A stretch of 64,000 bases of DNA. Source: a virus. Under the pieces are notes generated by a model that saw only the letters and a program-made list of their open reading frames with translations, was not told the DNA's origin and ran no database searches. Positions 1 to 10,665 of the stretch are shown piece by piece; position 1 is the stretch's first letter; each line of letters opens with the position of its first letter. The translations under genes and the position numbers were made by a program. The stretch covers positions 1-64,000 of IMG/VR virus record IMGVR_UViG_3300016466_000841; one strand, written 5' to 3'.

Positions 1-1685
1 TCCACGTTAGCACTTGTACCTGTGACGTTGCCGGTGATGGTGATGTTGCCGACAAAGTTACCAGCAGTGATATTTCCAGTGGTTGTTATAGTGTTTGATC
101 CAAACGACGACAATAGTGTGACTACATCACTGTCGCTGTAACTGGCTGGCAAGCCCGTGAGTTGGCTTCCGTCTCCGATGAACGAAGTGGCTGAAACATT
201 GCCAGTGGCCGTGATGTCACCACCTGAGATGTTGCCTTCGCCACTGATGCCCACAGAGTTGGTGATACTGAATCCACTGATAGTTGGAGCAGGGCTCGCA
301 CCGGTGGTCGCCAATCCCGAAGTAACAACAAGATATCCATTTGAAGGCAAGGTCAGGTTGCCATCCGTCCCAAAAGTCCAAGTTTTGGGAGAGTCGCTGC
401 CGCTTGACACAATGTTCAGGTTATTTCGAGCAGTCAATGTGCTGTTGTCGTTATCTTCTTCTATTTGGAAATAAGCAGGGTCGTCACCTAATTCAAAATA
501 TACACTACCGTTGGTACCAATCCTTATGCCCTTGCTGGAGTTGAATTCAGTGTCATAACTCTTTAGTATGATTGTGTCATTGTTGCTACGGATAACACCT
601 TCGCCCGGTAAAGTTAAAACACCATCATCGCCAAACTGCCATTGATATGGAGTTTCACCTTCGGTATCGGTGTAGATATTGACCACACCTGCGGCTTCGA
701 CATTGAAGTTAGCCATACTGCCAATTTCTACATTATTTTCATCCACCCGGATCGTACCACCGTTTGATAATGTTAGATTACCATCTGGGCCAAACACCCA
801 AGATTTACTTCCAGCAGCAAGAACATTGTTGTTAAATGACTGTGATGATGTAAAAAAGTTGGCGCCGGCAAGAAGATAGTTTCCAGTACCGCCGGAACCT
901 GGATTTGGAACGCCACCGCCAATGGTTACAGTCCATCCCTCTGGCGGTAATCCAGCACCGTATATGGTCATGCCGTCAGTGATAGTGCCTGCGACGATTT
1001 CAGTTACTGTTAGTGTAGCACCAGGGCCGTCGTTAAATCCGTTATGGATATATCCTATGAATTCGACTTCGTAATTGCTTACAGGGTCTGCGTTAGTTAC
1101 AACAGCAAATCCATGTCCACTACGCACGACCAGTCCGGGTTCGCTCTCTCCTATCCTAGCATTACTGGATCCCGGAAATGTTAGATCACCGCTATTATCA
1201 AATGTCCAATCTAATGTTATGTTAGGATCACCGATATTGGTTGTTCTAATTCTAACATTGCCAGAAGTGTCACTAACTCTAACATTCGTAAGTTCACCAC
1301 CTAAATATAAGTCTGCTGTGCTGGCATCTTGTGTACCACCTGCTCGCAAGTGTATGTGTCCAGGCTCGCCACCTGTGGGATCTACTACGATATATTGATT
1401 GCTACCTTGATCAAACAGCGTAGCATCCGGTATTAACTTGATCGTGTCTGAGCCACTACCGTCGCCTGCGTCAGCATTTGAACCAAATAAGATACCTGGT
1501 CCGAGAACCTTGCTCTTTATATGTGTTCTTACTCCATCGTGTATGGCCAATACCAGTTTGTCTGTTGGACCGTTGTCATCTACATAAAAAGCAGTCTCGC
1601 CAAAGGGGCGAATTTCGCTGTCGTTAGTACTGTTAGCACCATTGCCGTCTATTTTACTGGTTACAATTCTTCTAATAGTTGTCAT
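1..1685 (-). CDS. Tail fibre / virion fibre-like protein, partial (runs off left edge)
   Basis: ATG at 1685 reads MTTIRRIVTSKIDGNGANST...; Gly/Asn/Thr-rich with repeated W(T/V/Q)FxxxGxL(T)FP and GNITAGN motifs typical of phage fibres. Absent from the ORF track, consistent with no stop inside the window. Confidence 0.7.
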   Translation of the reverse strand, partial: MTTIRRIVTSKIDGNGANSTNDSEIRPFGETAFYVDDNGPTDKLVLAIHDGVRTHIKSKVLGPGILFGSNADAGDGSGSDTIKLIPDATLFDQGSNQYIVVDPTGGEPGHIHLRAGGTQDASTADLYLGGELTNVRVSDTSGNVRIRTTNIGDPNITLDWTFDNSGDLTFPGSSNARIGESEPGLVVRSGHGFAVVTNADPVSNYEVEFIGYIHNGFNDGPGATLTVTEIVAGTITDGMTIYGAGLPPEGWTVTIGGGVPNPGSGGTGNYLLAGANFFTSSQSFNNNVLAAGSKSWVFGPDGNLTLSNGGTIRVDENNVEIGSMANFNVEAAGVVNIYTDTEGETPYQWQFGDDGVLTLPGEGVIRSNNDTIILKSYDTEFNSSKGIRIGTNGSVYFELGDDPAYFQIEEDNDNSTLTARNNLNIVSSGSDSPKTWTFGTDGNLTLPSNGYLVVTSGLATTGASPAPTISGFSITNSVGISGEGNISGGDITATGNVSATSFIGDGSQLTGLPASYSDSDVVTLLSSFGSNTITTTGNITAGNFVGNITITGNVTGTSANV

Positions 1686-1700
1686 TTTTATCGCTCTTGA

Positions 1701-3956
1701 TTAATCGTATAGTTCCGAACCGTAGAACACTTTTGCGGTCCAATGTATTTTCAGTGTTTTGCTTTCGCCGTCTATACGACGATAACGGATCTGACCTTCT
1801 GAAGTGACTAACCACAGGTCATCGTTTTCACCGTCTGAACTACCGCTCTGTACTTCTTGATGACTGATGTGTTCTTCGCCATCGTCATCTACGATGTGTA
1901 TAGAGCCAATGATAGTCGATTCACCAGTGTAGGCGTGATAGTCTATAACAGCACCACGGAAGTTGGCTGAGCCACCAGGTAAATCGGCCTTGTCCCACCA
2001 TACAACAGGTTCGGCACCTGAGGTTATTCTAATATAGACGTTGTCGCCCTGTGTCTGCGGAACATAACTATTGTTGTTATTATAGTAGAACCAGTACTCT
2101 TCTGCTTGGATACTGCTCAACCACGCAGGCTGGAATGTCACATTGTCAAAGGATATAGATATTTCACTACCACCATTATCCCATATTGGCTGTAGTATAG
2201 CGTCTAATTCTTCGGTTCTTTCTACAAAAATTTCGTAGTTTGTAGTAGTAGTTCTAGCACTGACGCCTGTATAGTTGTTGGTAACTCGAGAAGTTACTGA
2301 CACTTCCTTGTATCCGTGTGCTTCCTCTATTCTACGATCACCTACCGCAGTAGATTTTACACGACCTAGTCCTTCTGCGGATTTTAGTACTGTGCCATCT
2401 GCGAATTTTACACCTTCATTGAGTTTGGTTAGGTCTAGTTCCTTGCGGCTGTAACTAAATCCACCGCCCTGGCCACCCTGTGTCCAAGAAAACCATTGTA
2501 CCGCATAGTACTTGCCGGTTTCTGGCACATGCATCACTGCTTTGCTACCAGGAACACGATTGCCCAACCCACCGTTGTAGGCATCGTAGAAAGCAGAGTA
2601 AGTTCTTGTTTCAACATCTGACAAGTCATTCCATCCGTCCGTGTTCCACAATGTGCCAGCTGGACTGACTTCTTCGTTGTAGCCTTCTTCTCTATAGGGG
2701 TTATAGATACTGTTATCGCTGCCTCTGGTAATTCCAATGCCGCCGCCCTCTCCGTCATCTTCAACGATAACATCAACTTCTTCGCCGCCGTCTGTCTTGC
2801 GGAAATAGTTGGGATCTGTTACTTCTGTTCTAGTATAGGCAAAGCCACCTACGTTGTTCTGACCCCAGTTGGTAAAATCAAACTTGTAATAACGGTCGTT
2901 GACTGTGTCGTGCATGACCAGTTCAGAATCAACGATGTTTTCTCCTATAGAATTGTCCAGTGCTCGACGCAGAGTAGTATAACTTCTTAATCCTAACTGT
3001 AGTAGATCGCCCCAACCTTCGCTGTTCCACTCTGTGCCTAAAGGACTCAGATGTGTGTTGTTGTCATATTCGGGCTCTAAAGCAGGATTAAACAATGCTC
3101 CTTGGTTGTCTCTAGTCAGTGTCAGATCGTTGTCTATAGTGTCAAACACCGAAGGCTTGTAATCTAAGGTATTGACTTCGGTATAGGTTCCTGGGGTATT
3201 ACTACCAGCACCGACGTATGCTGCCAGTGTCAGTATCTCTCCTGCTTCTCCCACAGTACCTACTTCAAATGTAATATTGTCGGCGGTCCCAGTACCGCCG
3301 ATGGTGTAGTATAAGATGTCGTAGTTCTGTCCTACAGCATAGCCAGTACCGGGATTGTTTATAGTAACTGAATCTATTACTGGGCCGTCACCTATGACTA
3401 CATCGAAACTGGCACCCGAACCTGCGGGCTCTGCCACTACAGTAACGGGCTCGCCTAACTCTGCTGGTAGTGCGATAAACGGTGTGTTGGTTACTTCCAG
3501 GTATGGTTGAACGGGTCTGTCGCTTAACAATAGACCGTTATTGTCTGTTAAATCGCTGACGTCTATCGGAACCACTGGCAAATCAGCGAGGTCGGTGTAG
3601 CTACCAGTGGTAGCTACTTCAGCGAGGTCGGCCGAGTTGGCTTTAGCAGCCAATGTATCTATTAGCCCCGTGATGGTGTCATCGGCACTGCCCAAGGCTG
3701 CTGCCAATTCGGCCAAGGTGTCCAGAGCCTCCGGAGCAGCACCCACAAGATTTTCAATTGTTGCTGCAACGCTGGCAGCAACAGCCTCATTGGTGCCAAC
3801 AACTATACTGCCGCCGGGTGTTACGCCATCGTGTACACGGATGGTTCTGAGTTCTGTGTCAATGGTAATTTCGCCCAATGGTCCAGTATAGGCCATGCTC
3901 TGAGCGGTGTTGCCACGCTTTAATAATACTTTTTTGATTTCTATGCTCTGTGTCAT
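1701..3956 (-). CDS. Tail fibre / adhesin with Mtd-like N-terminal domain
   Basis: N-terminal LKRGNT...GEITIDTELRTIRVHDGVTPGG (Mtd_N-like), APEALDTLAELAAALG fibre motif, internal duplicated domain. Confidence 0.75.
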   Translation of the reverse strand: MTQSIEIKKVLLKRGNTAQSMAYTGPLGEITIDTELRTIRVHDGVTPGGSIVVGTNEAVAASVAATIENLVGAAPEALDTLAELAAALGSADDTITGLIDTLAAKANSADLAEVATTGSYTDLADLPVVPIDVSDLTDNNGLLLSDRPVQPYLEVTNTPFIALPAELGEPVTVVAEPAGSGASFDVVIGDGPVIDSVTINNPGTGYAVGQNYDILYYTIGGTGTADNITFEVGTVGEAGEILTLAAYVGAGSNTPGTYTEVNTLDYKPSVFDTIDNDLTLTRDNQGALFNPALEPEYDNNTHLSPLGTEWNSEGWGDLLQLGLRSYTTLRRALDNSIGENIVDSELVMHDTVNDRYYKFDFTNWGQNNVGGFAYTRTEVTDPNYFRKTDGGEEVDVIVEDDGEGGGIGITRGSDNSIYNPYREEGYNEEVSPAGTLWNTDGWNDLSDVETRTYSAFYDAYNGGLGNRVPGSKAVMHVPETGKYYAVQWFSWTQGGQGGGFSYSRKELDLTKLNEGVKFADGTVLKSAEGLGRVKSTAVGDRRIEEAHGYKEVSVTSRVTNNYTGVSARTTTTNYEIFVERTEELDAILQPIWDNGGSEISISFDNVTFQPAWLSSIQAEEYWFYYNNNNSYVPQTQGDNVYIRITSGAEPVVWWDKADLPGGSANFRGAVIDYHAYTGESTIIGSIHIVDDDGEEHISHQEVQSGSSDGENDDLWLVTSEGQIRYRRIDGESKTLKIHWTAKVFYGSELYD

Positions 3957-4450
3957 TCTAGTGTTCCTGCATCTAATATACTGTCGTCTACACTGGGAGC
4001 AGGTTGGCTAACAGCATAGTAGGCTTCACGAACTTCCAATGCAACCGGAGCACCAAAATTGTCATCTATGTACATGGGTTGCTCGGTATTATCTGATGTT
4101 TTAATGGCCTTGAATGTGATGTGATAAAAACGCTGGTCCAGGGCTAAACTAGTGGTTCGATCAATTACGAAACTGCCTAGGCCGCGACTGGCATTGCTCA
4201 TGGTCACAGCGAAACTCTCTACTGTGACACGGTTTGCGGGATCTTGTATATCGGCTTGGACTGCATAGCCAGTGACGTCAAAGGGACGCTGTTCTTGGTT
4301 TTTGATGGAAACTTGAATGGGATTATCTACACCTTGGTAGATGGTCACGGGTCTTGAGTACACTCTTCTGCTCCTTGGGCCATTAGAGGAGCTGTCCAAA
4401 AATTGGACCTCCAATTTGTTAGCATATAAATAAGTCTGGATGCGCTGCAT
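3953..4450 (-). CDS. Hypothetical virion/baseplate-associated protein
   Basis: Likely start MQRIQTYLY at 4450 just after a TAAATA motif; beta-rich; overlaps the fibre gene start. Confidence 0.55.
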   Translation of the reverse strand: MQRIQTYLYANKLEVQFLDSSSNGPRSRRVYSRPVTIYQGVDNPIQVSIKNQEQRPFDVTGYAVQADIQDPANRVTVESFAVTMSNASRGLGSFVIDRTTSLALDQRFYHITFKAIKTSDNTEQPMYIDDNFGAPVALEVREAYYAVSQPAPSVDDSILDAGTLE

Positions 4451-4472
4451 TATTTGATATTTATCGGAAACC

Positions 4473-4853
4473 GTGGAAGACTTCAACGACCTCAAACGCT
4501 TATTGCAACATTACCCATTCTTGAGTTACCTCGTCTACGGCGGTAATGAATACATCGGCATCATACAAAACTGCGACGAGCAGATCACTACCATGTACGA
4601 TTTTGGCCTGCTCAAGGACCTTGAGCAAAAGAAAAGATTCTTAGAGTTAGGAGATCAGTGGTGGTGGGAAAGCAACAGGATCATCCCCATCAATGTGTTC
4701 CTAAAGCAGGACTGGGGAGTGTTTAAATTCTGCAACAGGACCATGAACAGCAAAGATGTTGAGATAAAAATGGGTCCTCAACTAAATCTCAAAGAGATCG
4801 GTGCCAAACGCAGCAAACGGCGATCGATTACTCTGGTACGCAAGATCAGCTAA
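4473..4853 (+). CDS. Hypothetical phage protein
   Basis: 126-aa ORF filling the gap between minus-strand genes; natural composition. Confidence 0.6.
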   Translation: MEDFNDLKRLLQHYPFLSYLVYGGNEYIGIIQNCDEQITTMYDFGLLKDLEQKKRFLELGDQWWWESNRIIPINVFLKQDWGVFKFCNRTMNSKDVEIKMGPQLNLKEIGAKRSKRRSITLVRKIS

Positions 4854-5248
4854 CCGGCCAGATAATCCAAAGCGTTCTTCAATCGCTGTGGATCATCATT
4901 GAAATTACCTAATCCCAGATTGCATTTGTGGCAAATCCATCCGCGGAACTTTCCAGTGGCATGATCGTGATCCGCGCACCATCCTTTACGTCGCAGGCTG
5001 TGTCCTTGTATCGCTACAGCATCTCTCTGACAAATTGGGCACCGATGATTGTCTGGTGGGGGTGTATTTTCACGTTTGAGTTTTTTGACCAAAGCCGCTT
5101 GTTTTTTTGCACAGGACTTGCACTCGTAACGTAGATACCTAGCACCGCCATCCCGACCAAACTTGTCAACAGGCAAACTCTGTTGACATATTCCGCAGGT
5201 TTTATACTGAGTAGACGAGTCAACCATAGCCTTGGCTGACGCTTTCAC
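4850..5248 (-). CDS. Recombination endonuclease VII family protein
   Basis: CPIC...[22 protein letters not shown] EndoVII motif plus N-terminal CxxC zinc motifs. Confidence 0.85.
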   Translation of the reverse strand: MKASAKAMVDSSTQYKTCGICQQSLPVDKFGRDGGARYLRYECKSCAKKQAALVKKLKRENTPPPDNHRCPICQRDAVAIQGHSLRRKGWCADHDHATGKFRGWICHKCNLGLGNFNDDPQRLKNALDYLAG

Positions 5249-5819
5249 AGATCAAGTTCATGTGTACTGCCACGAGATTGGCATAGGCCACAGCATGGCT
5301 TTTCTTGAAATAATAGCTGTCGTCTTCGGGACGTTGCCAGACTGTCTTGGCGACCTCGGCCCAGGATTTTCCTATCAAATGCCGTTTGGCTGGTCGTATC
5401 ACTGATAGGAACATGGCCATACGGGGGATACTGTCCACAGGTTCCGGCATGCGCATCAGGGTATCATGATGGTTTCCAATGTGTATGACTAGGCTACAAA
5501 ATGCCGGATCTCGTAGTAGATCCCACAAAGGCTCCGTGGCCATCAAATCTCGAAGATGCTGTTCGTTGCGCACACTCTGATACACTCCTACATTCAAGAA
5601 ATCCAGTTTAATGTATCCGCGCCGTTCGGCCTCCTCGTGATCAATGGCCGATTGGCCAGTAAAGGGATCGATGGGAATATCTGTGGCATAGATGCCAGTG
5701 TTGTGACGCACCAATCTACCGTCCCGATCTATGCTGGCCGGATGATACTTTATCAATGATAAAGCACGTTCTCGATCACCAAAATCAATGTCGATGTCGC
5801 TGCCGAATCGTGTGGTCAT
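5220..5819 (-). CDS. Truncated DNA polymerase III alpha (DnaE/family C)-like protein
   Basis: SDIDIDF, HNTG, KLDFL, IRP and FKKSHAVAY motifs of the DnaE core in about 199 aa; start MTTRFG. Confidence 0.8.
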   Translation of the reverse strand: MTTRFGSDIDIDFGDRERALSLIKYHPASIDRDGRLVRHNTGIYATDIPIDPFTGQSAIDHEEAERRGYIKLDFLNVGVYQSVRNEQHLRDLMATEPLWDLLRDPAFCSLVIHIGNHHDTLMRMPEPVDSIPRMAMFLSVIRPAKRHLIGKSWAEVAKTVWQRPEDDSYYFKKSHAVAYANLVAVHMNLICESVSQGYG

Positions 5820-5934
5820 GGTGTCCCCATCAATTTGACTGCCCCATTGTAGGCATCGCTGGGCACCAACACTGGCAAAAGAGCTATGACAATGATTGCC
5901 GCTGTTACCAGCAATAACCAAAAATATTTCATGA

Positions 5935-6636
5935 CTATAATCCCGCTTCTCCGATTATTGTTTTGATCCATTCCACATCGGCGAGATAATCACGGAACTT
6001 CTGTTGCCAAAAGTCAGGATCAATCCATGGCATCACTATCGAGACTTGTTCCTCGTTGAGCCGACCAAGGAACTCCACCCCTGTGTCACAATTGAATACA
6101 ACCCAAGGGCTAACACGACCGGTGCTGATATGATAACAAACAGTATTAGGGCCAGCAAATTTAAAATAATCTCTAAGACCCCCACGTAGGTCGGGATTTT
6201 CGTCGACGTATTTTTGCATCTCCTGTAGCGATCGCTCCAACGCATCTTGTACATTTTCCTTTTTGATATATTGATGCAACCATTCTAGATATATATCTTC
6301 GCGACACCAGTGATCGATCTTCTTGTTATTTTTGAGCAACCAATCCGAAAAACTAGAGTAGTTTACACAACGTATGGCCTGACAGTGTCGGCCAAATTTC
6401 ACAAAAGCATTGTAGAAACTGCTGTCAACAAAATCCTCGTAGGTTTTGAGTTTGGCCGAGCCCTGCGTGATTTCGTAGAATCTCAGATAAGTCCGAAAGC
6501 CCATCTGCACACCCGTTTCCTTTTCCTGTTGCCAACGGCGCTTGGCTTCACAGAGATGCGCTGCCAGAGTGCTTTCTCGACGAAATTCTTTTTTACAATA
6601 ACGACAAGTGTAGTTTTCTGTTTCCATTAAGGCCAA
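5935..6636 (-). CDS. C2H2-type zinc-finger phage protein
   Basis: YTCRYCKKEFRRESTLAAHLC at the N-terminus; in the replication cluster. Confidence 0.65.
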   Translation of the reverse strand: MALMETENYTCRYCKKEFRRESTLAAHLCEAKRRWQQEKETGVQMGFRTYLRFYEITQGSAKLKTYEDFVDSSFYNAFVKFGRHCQAIRCVNYSSFSDWLLKNNKKIDHWCREDIYLEWLHQYIKKENVQDALERSLQEMQKYVDENPDLRGGLRDYFKFAGPNTVCYHISTGRVSPWVVFNCDTGVEFLGRLNEEQVSIVMPWIDPDFWQQKFRDYLADVEWIKTIIGEAGL

Positions 6637-6643
6637 AATTCTG

Positions 6644-7111
6644 TTACTTGAAAAATTCCTTTATGCTCTTGTCGTCCCAACCATGACTGCGAGCAAGCTC
6701 CTTGACATCGTCGTCATTGTTGATCTTAGACATCAAAGATATTTCTTCTTCGTTGAGCTCGGGCATGAGTTTTCTCAGCAACTTAGAAGATTTGCTTTGA
6801 CTTTCTTTTTTCTTGGGAGATATCCAATGATGAGATTGTACTCCCATGCCAGGACTTACGGTGGTCGATAACAACCACTGCAATTTTTTATGCTGCGACG
6901 TTGAAATATCAAAGAATCCCTTGTTGAGTCGTTCGTTGGCGCTCATGAGATAATAACTTTGTAATACAGCATCTCCGCTCACACACGAACTCCAGCGTAT
7001 CATGAGATAGGGTGCAAACTTCTTTTTCTCTTCTTCGGTCATGGCATCGTAGTAGTCGCGATCTTTGCGATCCAGCGCCGACATTTCATTTTTTATGTTC
7101 AATCGGTCCAT
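6644..7111 (-). CDS. Clamp loader small subunit (T4 gp62-like)
   Basis: FAPYLMIRW...ANERLN...HKKLQWLL...HHWI pattern; replication context. Confidence 0.7.
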   Translation of the reverse strand: MDRLNIKNEMSALDRKDRDYYDAMTEEEKKKFAPYLMIRWSSCVSGDAVLQSYYLMSANERLNKGFFDISTSQHKKLQWLLSTTVSPGMGVQSHHWISPKKKESQSKSSKLLRKLMPELNEEEISLMSKINNDDDVKELARSHGWDDKSIKEFFK

Positions 7112-7358
7112 TTTCTTTGCTCAGTTCATAGATGATTATAGCACGTTCCAGGGCTTCCTGTAAAGAGGGATTGGATTTTGCCGCTTCGCGTATATCGTGC
7201 CAAAGTTGGTTTTCTCGTATAGCGTCCACTCTGCTCTTGGCTTTGGTACTCTGTCCTACCAACCAACGTTCCTGTTCGCCTGTGTATCTGGCATAGACCG
7301 TCTCACCATTGTCGGGACTTTCGTAGATGATTTCAGCGCCAGGTCTTAGTTTGCCCAT
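7086..7358 (-). CDS. Hypothetical protein
   Basis: MGKLRPGAEIIYESPDNGETVYAR; overlaps both neighbours. Confidence 0.6.
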   Translation of the reverse strand: MGKLRPGAEIIYESPDNGETVYARYTGEQERWLVGQSTKAKSRVDAIRENQLWHDIREAAKSNPSLQEALERAIIIYELSKENGPIEHKK

Positions 7359-7887
7359 TGTCAAGTACCTGTTGTGCGGATTGAGTGATATAGTATCTTC
7401 CTGTGTGGCGATCTTGGAACCCTTCAATCACAGATCGGTGCAATGGCAGACACTCGAGGTCATAGCACTCAGAGGATTCAATCACGCAATTGTTGTTGAA
7501 GGTACTAGCAAAATAAATCTGCGGTACAGGAATGCACTGCAAACAATCATGCACAAACTGATGATGCAGATGTCCGTAGTCGCCGTCGCGATTGTGTGTG
7601 ACTATGAGATCAAACTCTCTGGCCCAATCTTGTAGCTCTTGTCTGGCTTCATTGATATCAAAACTAATTGACTGAGTTTCTAGATCTCGATAGTCGTCAA
7701 CGAATCCACAGAAGTGTGTGGGTATCGAATACTGCGTCCAGAATCGTTTCATTTCTCGAGCTCGGGAATCTTGATCTTGGTAAGTGAGATACACAATGCT
7801 CCACTGAAACTTTGGGTACTTGCGCATCAATGGCCAGGCAAAAATCACACAGTCATCGGGATGAGCCACTATCACTCCGGCACGCAT
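7333..7887 (-). CDS. PIG-L / LmbE-family deacetylase
   Basis: VAHPDD and THNRDGDYGHLHH motifs. Confidence 0.8.
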   Translation of the reverse strand: MRAGVIVAHPDDCVIFAWPLMRKYPKFQWSIVYLTYQDQDSRAREMKRFWTQYSIPTHFCGFVDDYRDLETQSISFDINEARQELQDWAREFDLIVTHNRDGDYGHLHHQFVHDCLQCIPVPQIYFASTFNNNCVIESSECYDLECLPLHRSVIEGFQDRHTGRYYITQSAQQVLDNGQTKTWR

Positions 7888-8391
7888 TTACCAAACCTTG
7901 CTGTAGTTGATCACTTCGTTTTGCCGACCTATGTCTTTGACAAAAAACGCACACAACGGTTGTTCGACATCGGATTCTAAGGGAATGGCCAGCAATTGTC
8001 CGGCTTTGAGTTTTGGAAAGTACCATTTGACATCAGGGTAGATATCGATGATCTCCACCGGATGGAACTCGGGCCTAAAACTCGATATGGGATTGAATGT
8101 AAAAACATTAAATCCTCGATCATTGATTGATGTCAATGGCACCACTTCTAGATCACCGAGATCGGGTTCTCCGATCAGAATTTGCCAATCTACCGGCATC
8201 TTGATCACATGTTCCCCGATACGCAATACCAAGGCCGGACTGTTAAAGCTTTCAAGAAAGATCAACGGTATGTAAAAGTAGTCGGGATCTTTGGGATCGC
8301 TGTTGTCTAACACACAAAATCTCAGATCCTCAACCTCGTCGGGAATCTCATTCATCTCAAAACTGCGATTTTCTAAGGTCAATATTCTCAT
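7888..8391 (-). CDS. Hypothetical phage protein (possible degenerate Hint fold)
   Basis: 167-aa beta-rich ORF, translationally coupled to neighbours. Confidence 0.65.
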   Translation of the reverse strand: MRILTLENRSFEMNEIPDEVEDLRFCVLDNSDPKDPDYFYIPLIFLESFNSPALVLRIGEHVIKMPVDWQILIGEPDLGDLEVVPLTSINDRGFNVFTFNPISSFRPEFHPVEIIDIYPDVKWYFPKLKAGQLLAIPLESDVEQPLCAFFVKDIGRQNEVINYSKVW

Positions 8392-9203
8392 GGTTGTATT
8401 CCAAATCTTTCTGTTATTATTTTGTAGTAAACATCTGCGAGGTATTCTTGGCTACGTGGGTCACCATGATAGCCGGGATCTTCGCCGGAGAACGGCCACT
8501 CGTTAGTAGCATAGGCCGGTGTCTCTTTGTAGTCCAAGGTCATGTAGTGATCGGGCAATACCGATGGGAAGGCAGCTCGCACAGTGTCGCTGGTCCAGAT
8601 ATTGCAAGCGATGTGCAAAAAAGGCACTCCAGAATAGAACAGTTGCATGATACCATCCCGGATGATCCATTCATCTTGTTGGCGTTTCCACTCGCTGTCA
8701 TAGAGATGATTGATCCAAGTCTTGACAGCTTTTTGTGTGTCGCGATCTATCTTGGAACTGCGATAAGGGTGATCATAGTTCTCGGCCAAGCTGAATATGG
8801 TTTCGCAGATCATGGTGTAAGGATTGTTACCATAGTTGACATTGTTGATGCCCACGGATCGATCATAGCCGTTGAGATGTGCTGTTTGTAGATGCTGTTG
8901 CAGATCGCTGTTCCATCCTTTCCAATCGTTGTCACGAAAATCGTAAGGAGCGGATCGAGCAGGAATTTCTGTCCTGTCGTGGAAGGTAGGTGCGATGATC
9001 GCGAAGTCCGGTCTCTGCCTCAACACTTCGTCGATCTGTATCCGTATGCCTCCGTTGCTACATCCTTGCCGGGCCAGGATCTCCACGTCCCAACCCAGCT
9101 TCTTGGCCAGCACTTCCCCATAAGAAGTACCCTTTAATTCAGGAAATCTGGCACTTGCGGGTGCGCTAAAACTGCAACCACACACTATGAGTTTCTTTTT
9201 CAA
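8388..9203 (-). CDS. SGNH/GDSL hydrolase-like protein
   Basis: GCSFS, GCSN and C-terminal DPGYH blocks. Confidence 0.65.
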   Translation of the reverse strand: MKKKLIVCGCSFSAPASARFPELKGTSYGEVLAKKLGWDVEILARQGCSNGGIRIQIDEVLRQRPDFAIIAPTFHDRTEIPARSAPYDFRDNDWKGWNSDLQQHLQTAHLNGYDRSVGINNVNYGNNPYTMICETIFSLAENYDHPYRSSKIDRDTQKAVKTWINHLYDSEWKRQQDEWIIRDGIMQLFYSGVPFLHIACNIWTSDTVRAAFPSVLPDHYMTLDYKETPAYATNEWPFSGEDPGYHGDPRSQEYLADVYYKIITERFGIQP

Positions 9204-9204
9204 T

Positions 9205-10665
9205 TTAATATTTCCAATCTGCTTTTTCTATGGTGAAAGGATAGTTGGCTTCACGATAGAATTGTTTTCTTTTTGTGAGATGGCGTTTGGCAAATTTGCA
9301 GGTAGAAGTTATGTCCCATATCTGCACAAAATCTTTGTCTTCGGCTTTACGGATTCCGCGGCCGATGCTTTGTATTACTCGAACAAAACTCTTGCCAGGC
9401 TCAACCAGAACCAAGTTGAAAATCCTAGGTATATTGATACCAACAGCGGCAACGCCATAAGTGGCCACAATGATTTTACCATCGCTGACAGCAACTTCAT
9501 CATATTCTTCCTTTCGGTCTTTGGCCTTAGTAGCACCACTGACAAACACAGCCGAGTCCCCCAACCGTGCTACCAACTCTTTTCCACTGGCAATTCTATC
9601 CACCAGTACCAGAGTATTACCAGATTCGTTCACAGATGCGATCAATCGACTAATATAATCTAATCGCTCAGGTGTTTCTACCAGATATTTGAGCTCGCTT
9701 TGATAATTGTTATACTCAACATGATCGGCCAGCTGTATTATATTTACATGACAGTTGGCCAGGTGGCCGGCTTCCTGTAGTTCGCTGGCACTGAGCTTTC
9801 CTACCACATTGCCAAGGCTGCAGAAGATGCTGATCTTTTCATAGTCCTCTTTGGGAATAGTTCCAGTGAGTCCCCAACGTATGGGAATATGACTCATGAT
9901 ACCTGTCAGCAAGGTTTTGAGTGCATCGGCCTTGGCCATATGCACTTCGTCAACGATGATGCAGGCTACTCCTTCAATAAACTCGCCAATAGTACAATCT
10001 GCTACACCGTTCTTGGTATTCTTGAGCAGCACATTCAAGCTCTGCCAAGTACAGATTGTATGCTGATAACCCCACTCTTTCCTATCGCCAAAATACACAC
10101 CCACATCGAGTCCAAGGTTCTTGTAATCGTCTTCGGTCTGCGTGACCAAACTTTTATTAGGGACGATCACGATGCTACGGCCCAGGTGTTCGACGCTTTT
10201 ACTGAGCGCCGCTGTCATGATAGTCTTACCGGCACCAGTGGCTACTTCTTGCACACTTTGAGGATTACTCAAGAAATTGTTGATGATCTCAACCTGATAG
10301 TCACGCAACATGATGGATTCTCCGGCGCGGGGGTGACCCGTGGGCCATTTGATGTCCTCAAAAGTGCTTTCGTGTATCTGCTGGAAATCAAAGTTAGTGG
10401 AGTACTCTCGCATGTCCTCGACTTCGATATCGTATCCGGCTTCTTCTAGTACTGGAATAATCTCAGGCAAGAGATTGATATAGGTACTACCACCCAATTG
10501 GAAAAATGCCACACGTCCGTCCCAGCGGCCCAGTCTCACCGCCGGCAAGTATCTCGCACCGGGAATTTCAAACTTGAATCGGTCAACGAGACGCTTCCGC
10601 ATCGTAAGGTCAAGACCTTCGATCTTGACATTGACTTCGTCGCGTATGTAGAGTTTAGCCTGCAT
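9205..10665 (-). CDS. uvsW: UvsW-like SF2 DNA helicase
   Basis: LRDYQ, ATGAGKT, DEVH, LTGT, QSIGRGIR motifs; WDG N-terminal motif. Confidence 0.9.
   Translation of the reverse strand: MQAKLYIRDEVNVKIEGLDLTMRKRLVDRFKFEIPGARYLPAVRLGRWDGRVAFFQLGGSTYINLLPEIIPVLEEAGYDIEVEDMREYSTNFDFQQIHESTFEDIKWPTGHPRAGESIMLRDYQVEIINNFLSNPQSVQEVATGAGKTIMTAALSKSVEHLGRSIVIVPNKSLVTQTEDDYKNLGLDVGVYFGDRKEWGYQHTICTWQSLNVLLKNTKNGVADCTIGEFIEGVACIIVDEVHMAKADALKTLLTGIMSHIPIRWGLTGTIPKEDYEKISIFCSLGNVVGKLSASELQEAGHLANCHVNIIQLADHVEYNNYQSELKYLVETPERLDYISRLIASVNESGNTLVLVDRIASGKELVARLGDSAVFVSGATKAKDRKEEYDEVAVSDGKIIVATYGVAAVGINIPRIFNLVLVEPGKSFVRVIQSIGRGIRKAEDKDFVQIWDITSTCKFAKRHLTKRKQFYREANYPFTIEKADWKY

Noticed and set aside
1701-3956. 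Mtd-like N-terminus suggesting a diversity-generating retroelement
   Set aside because: No reverse transcriptase and no adenine-variant TR/VR repeat pair were seen in the window.
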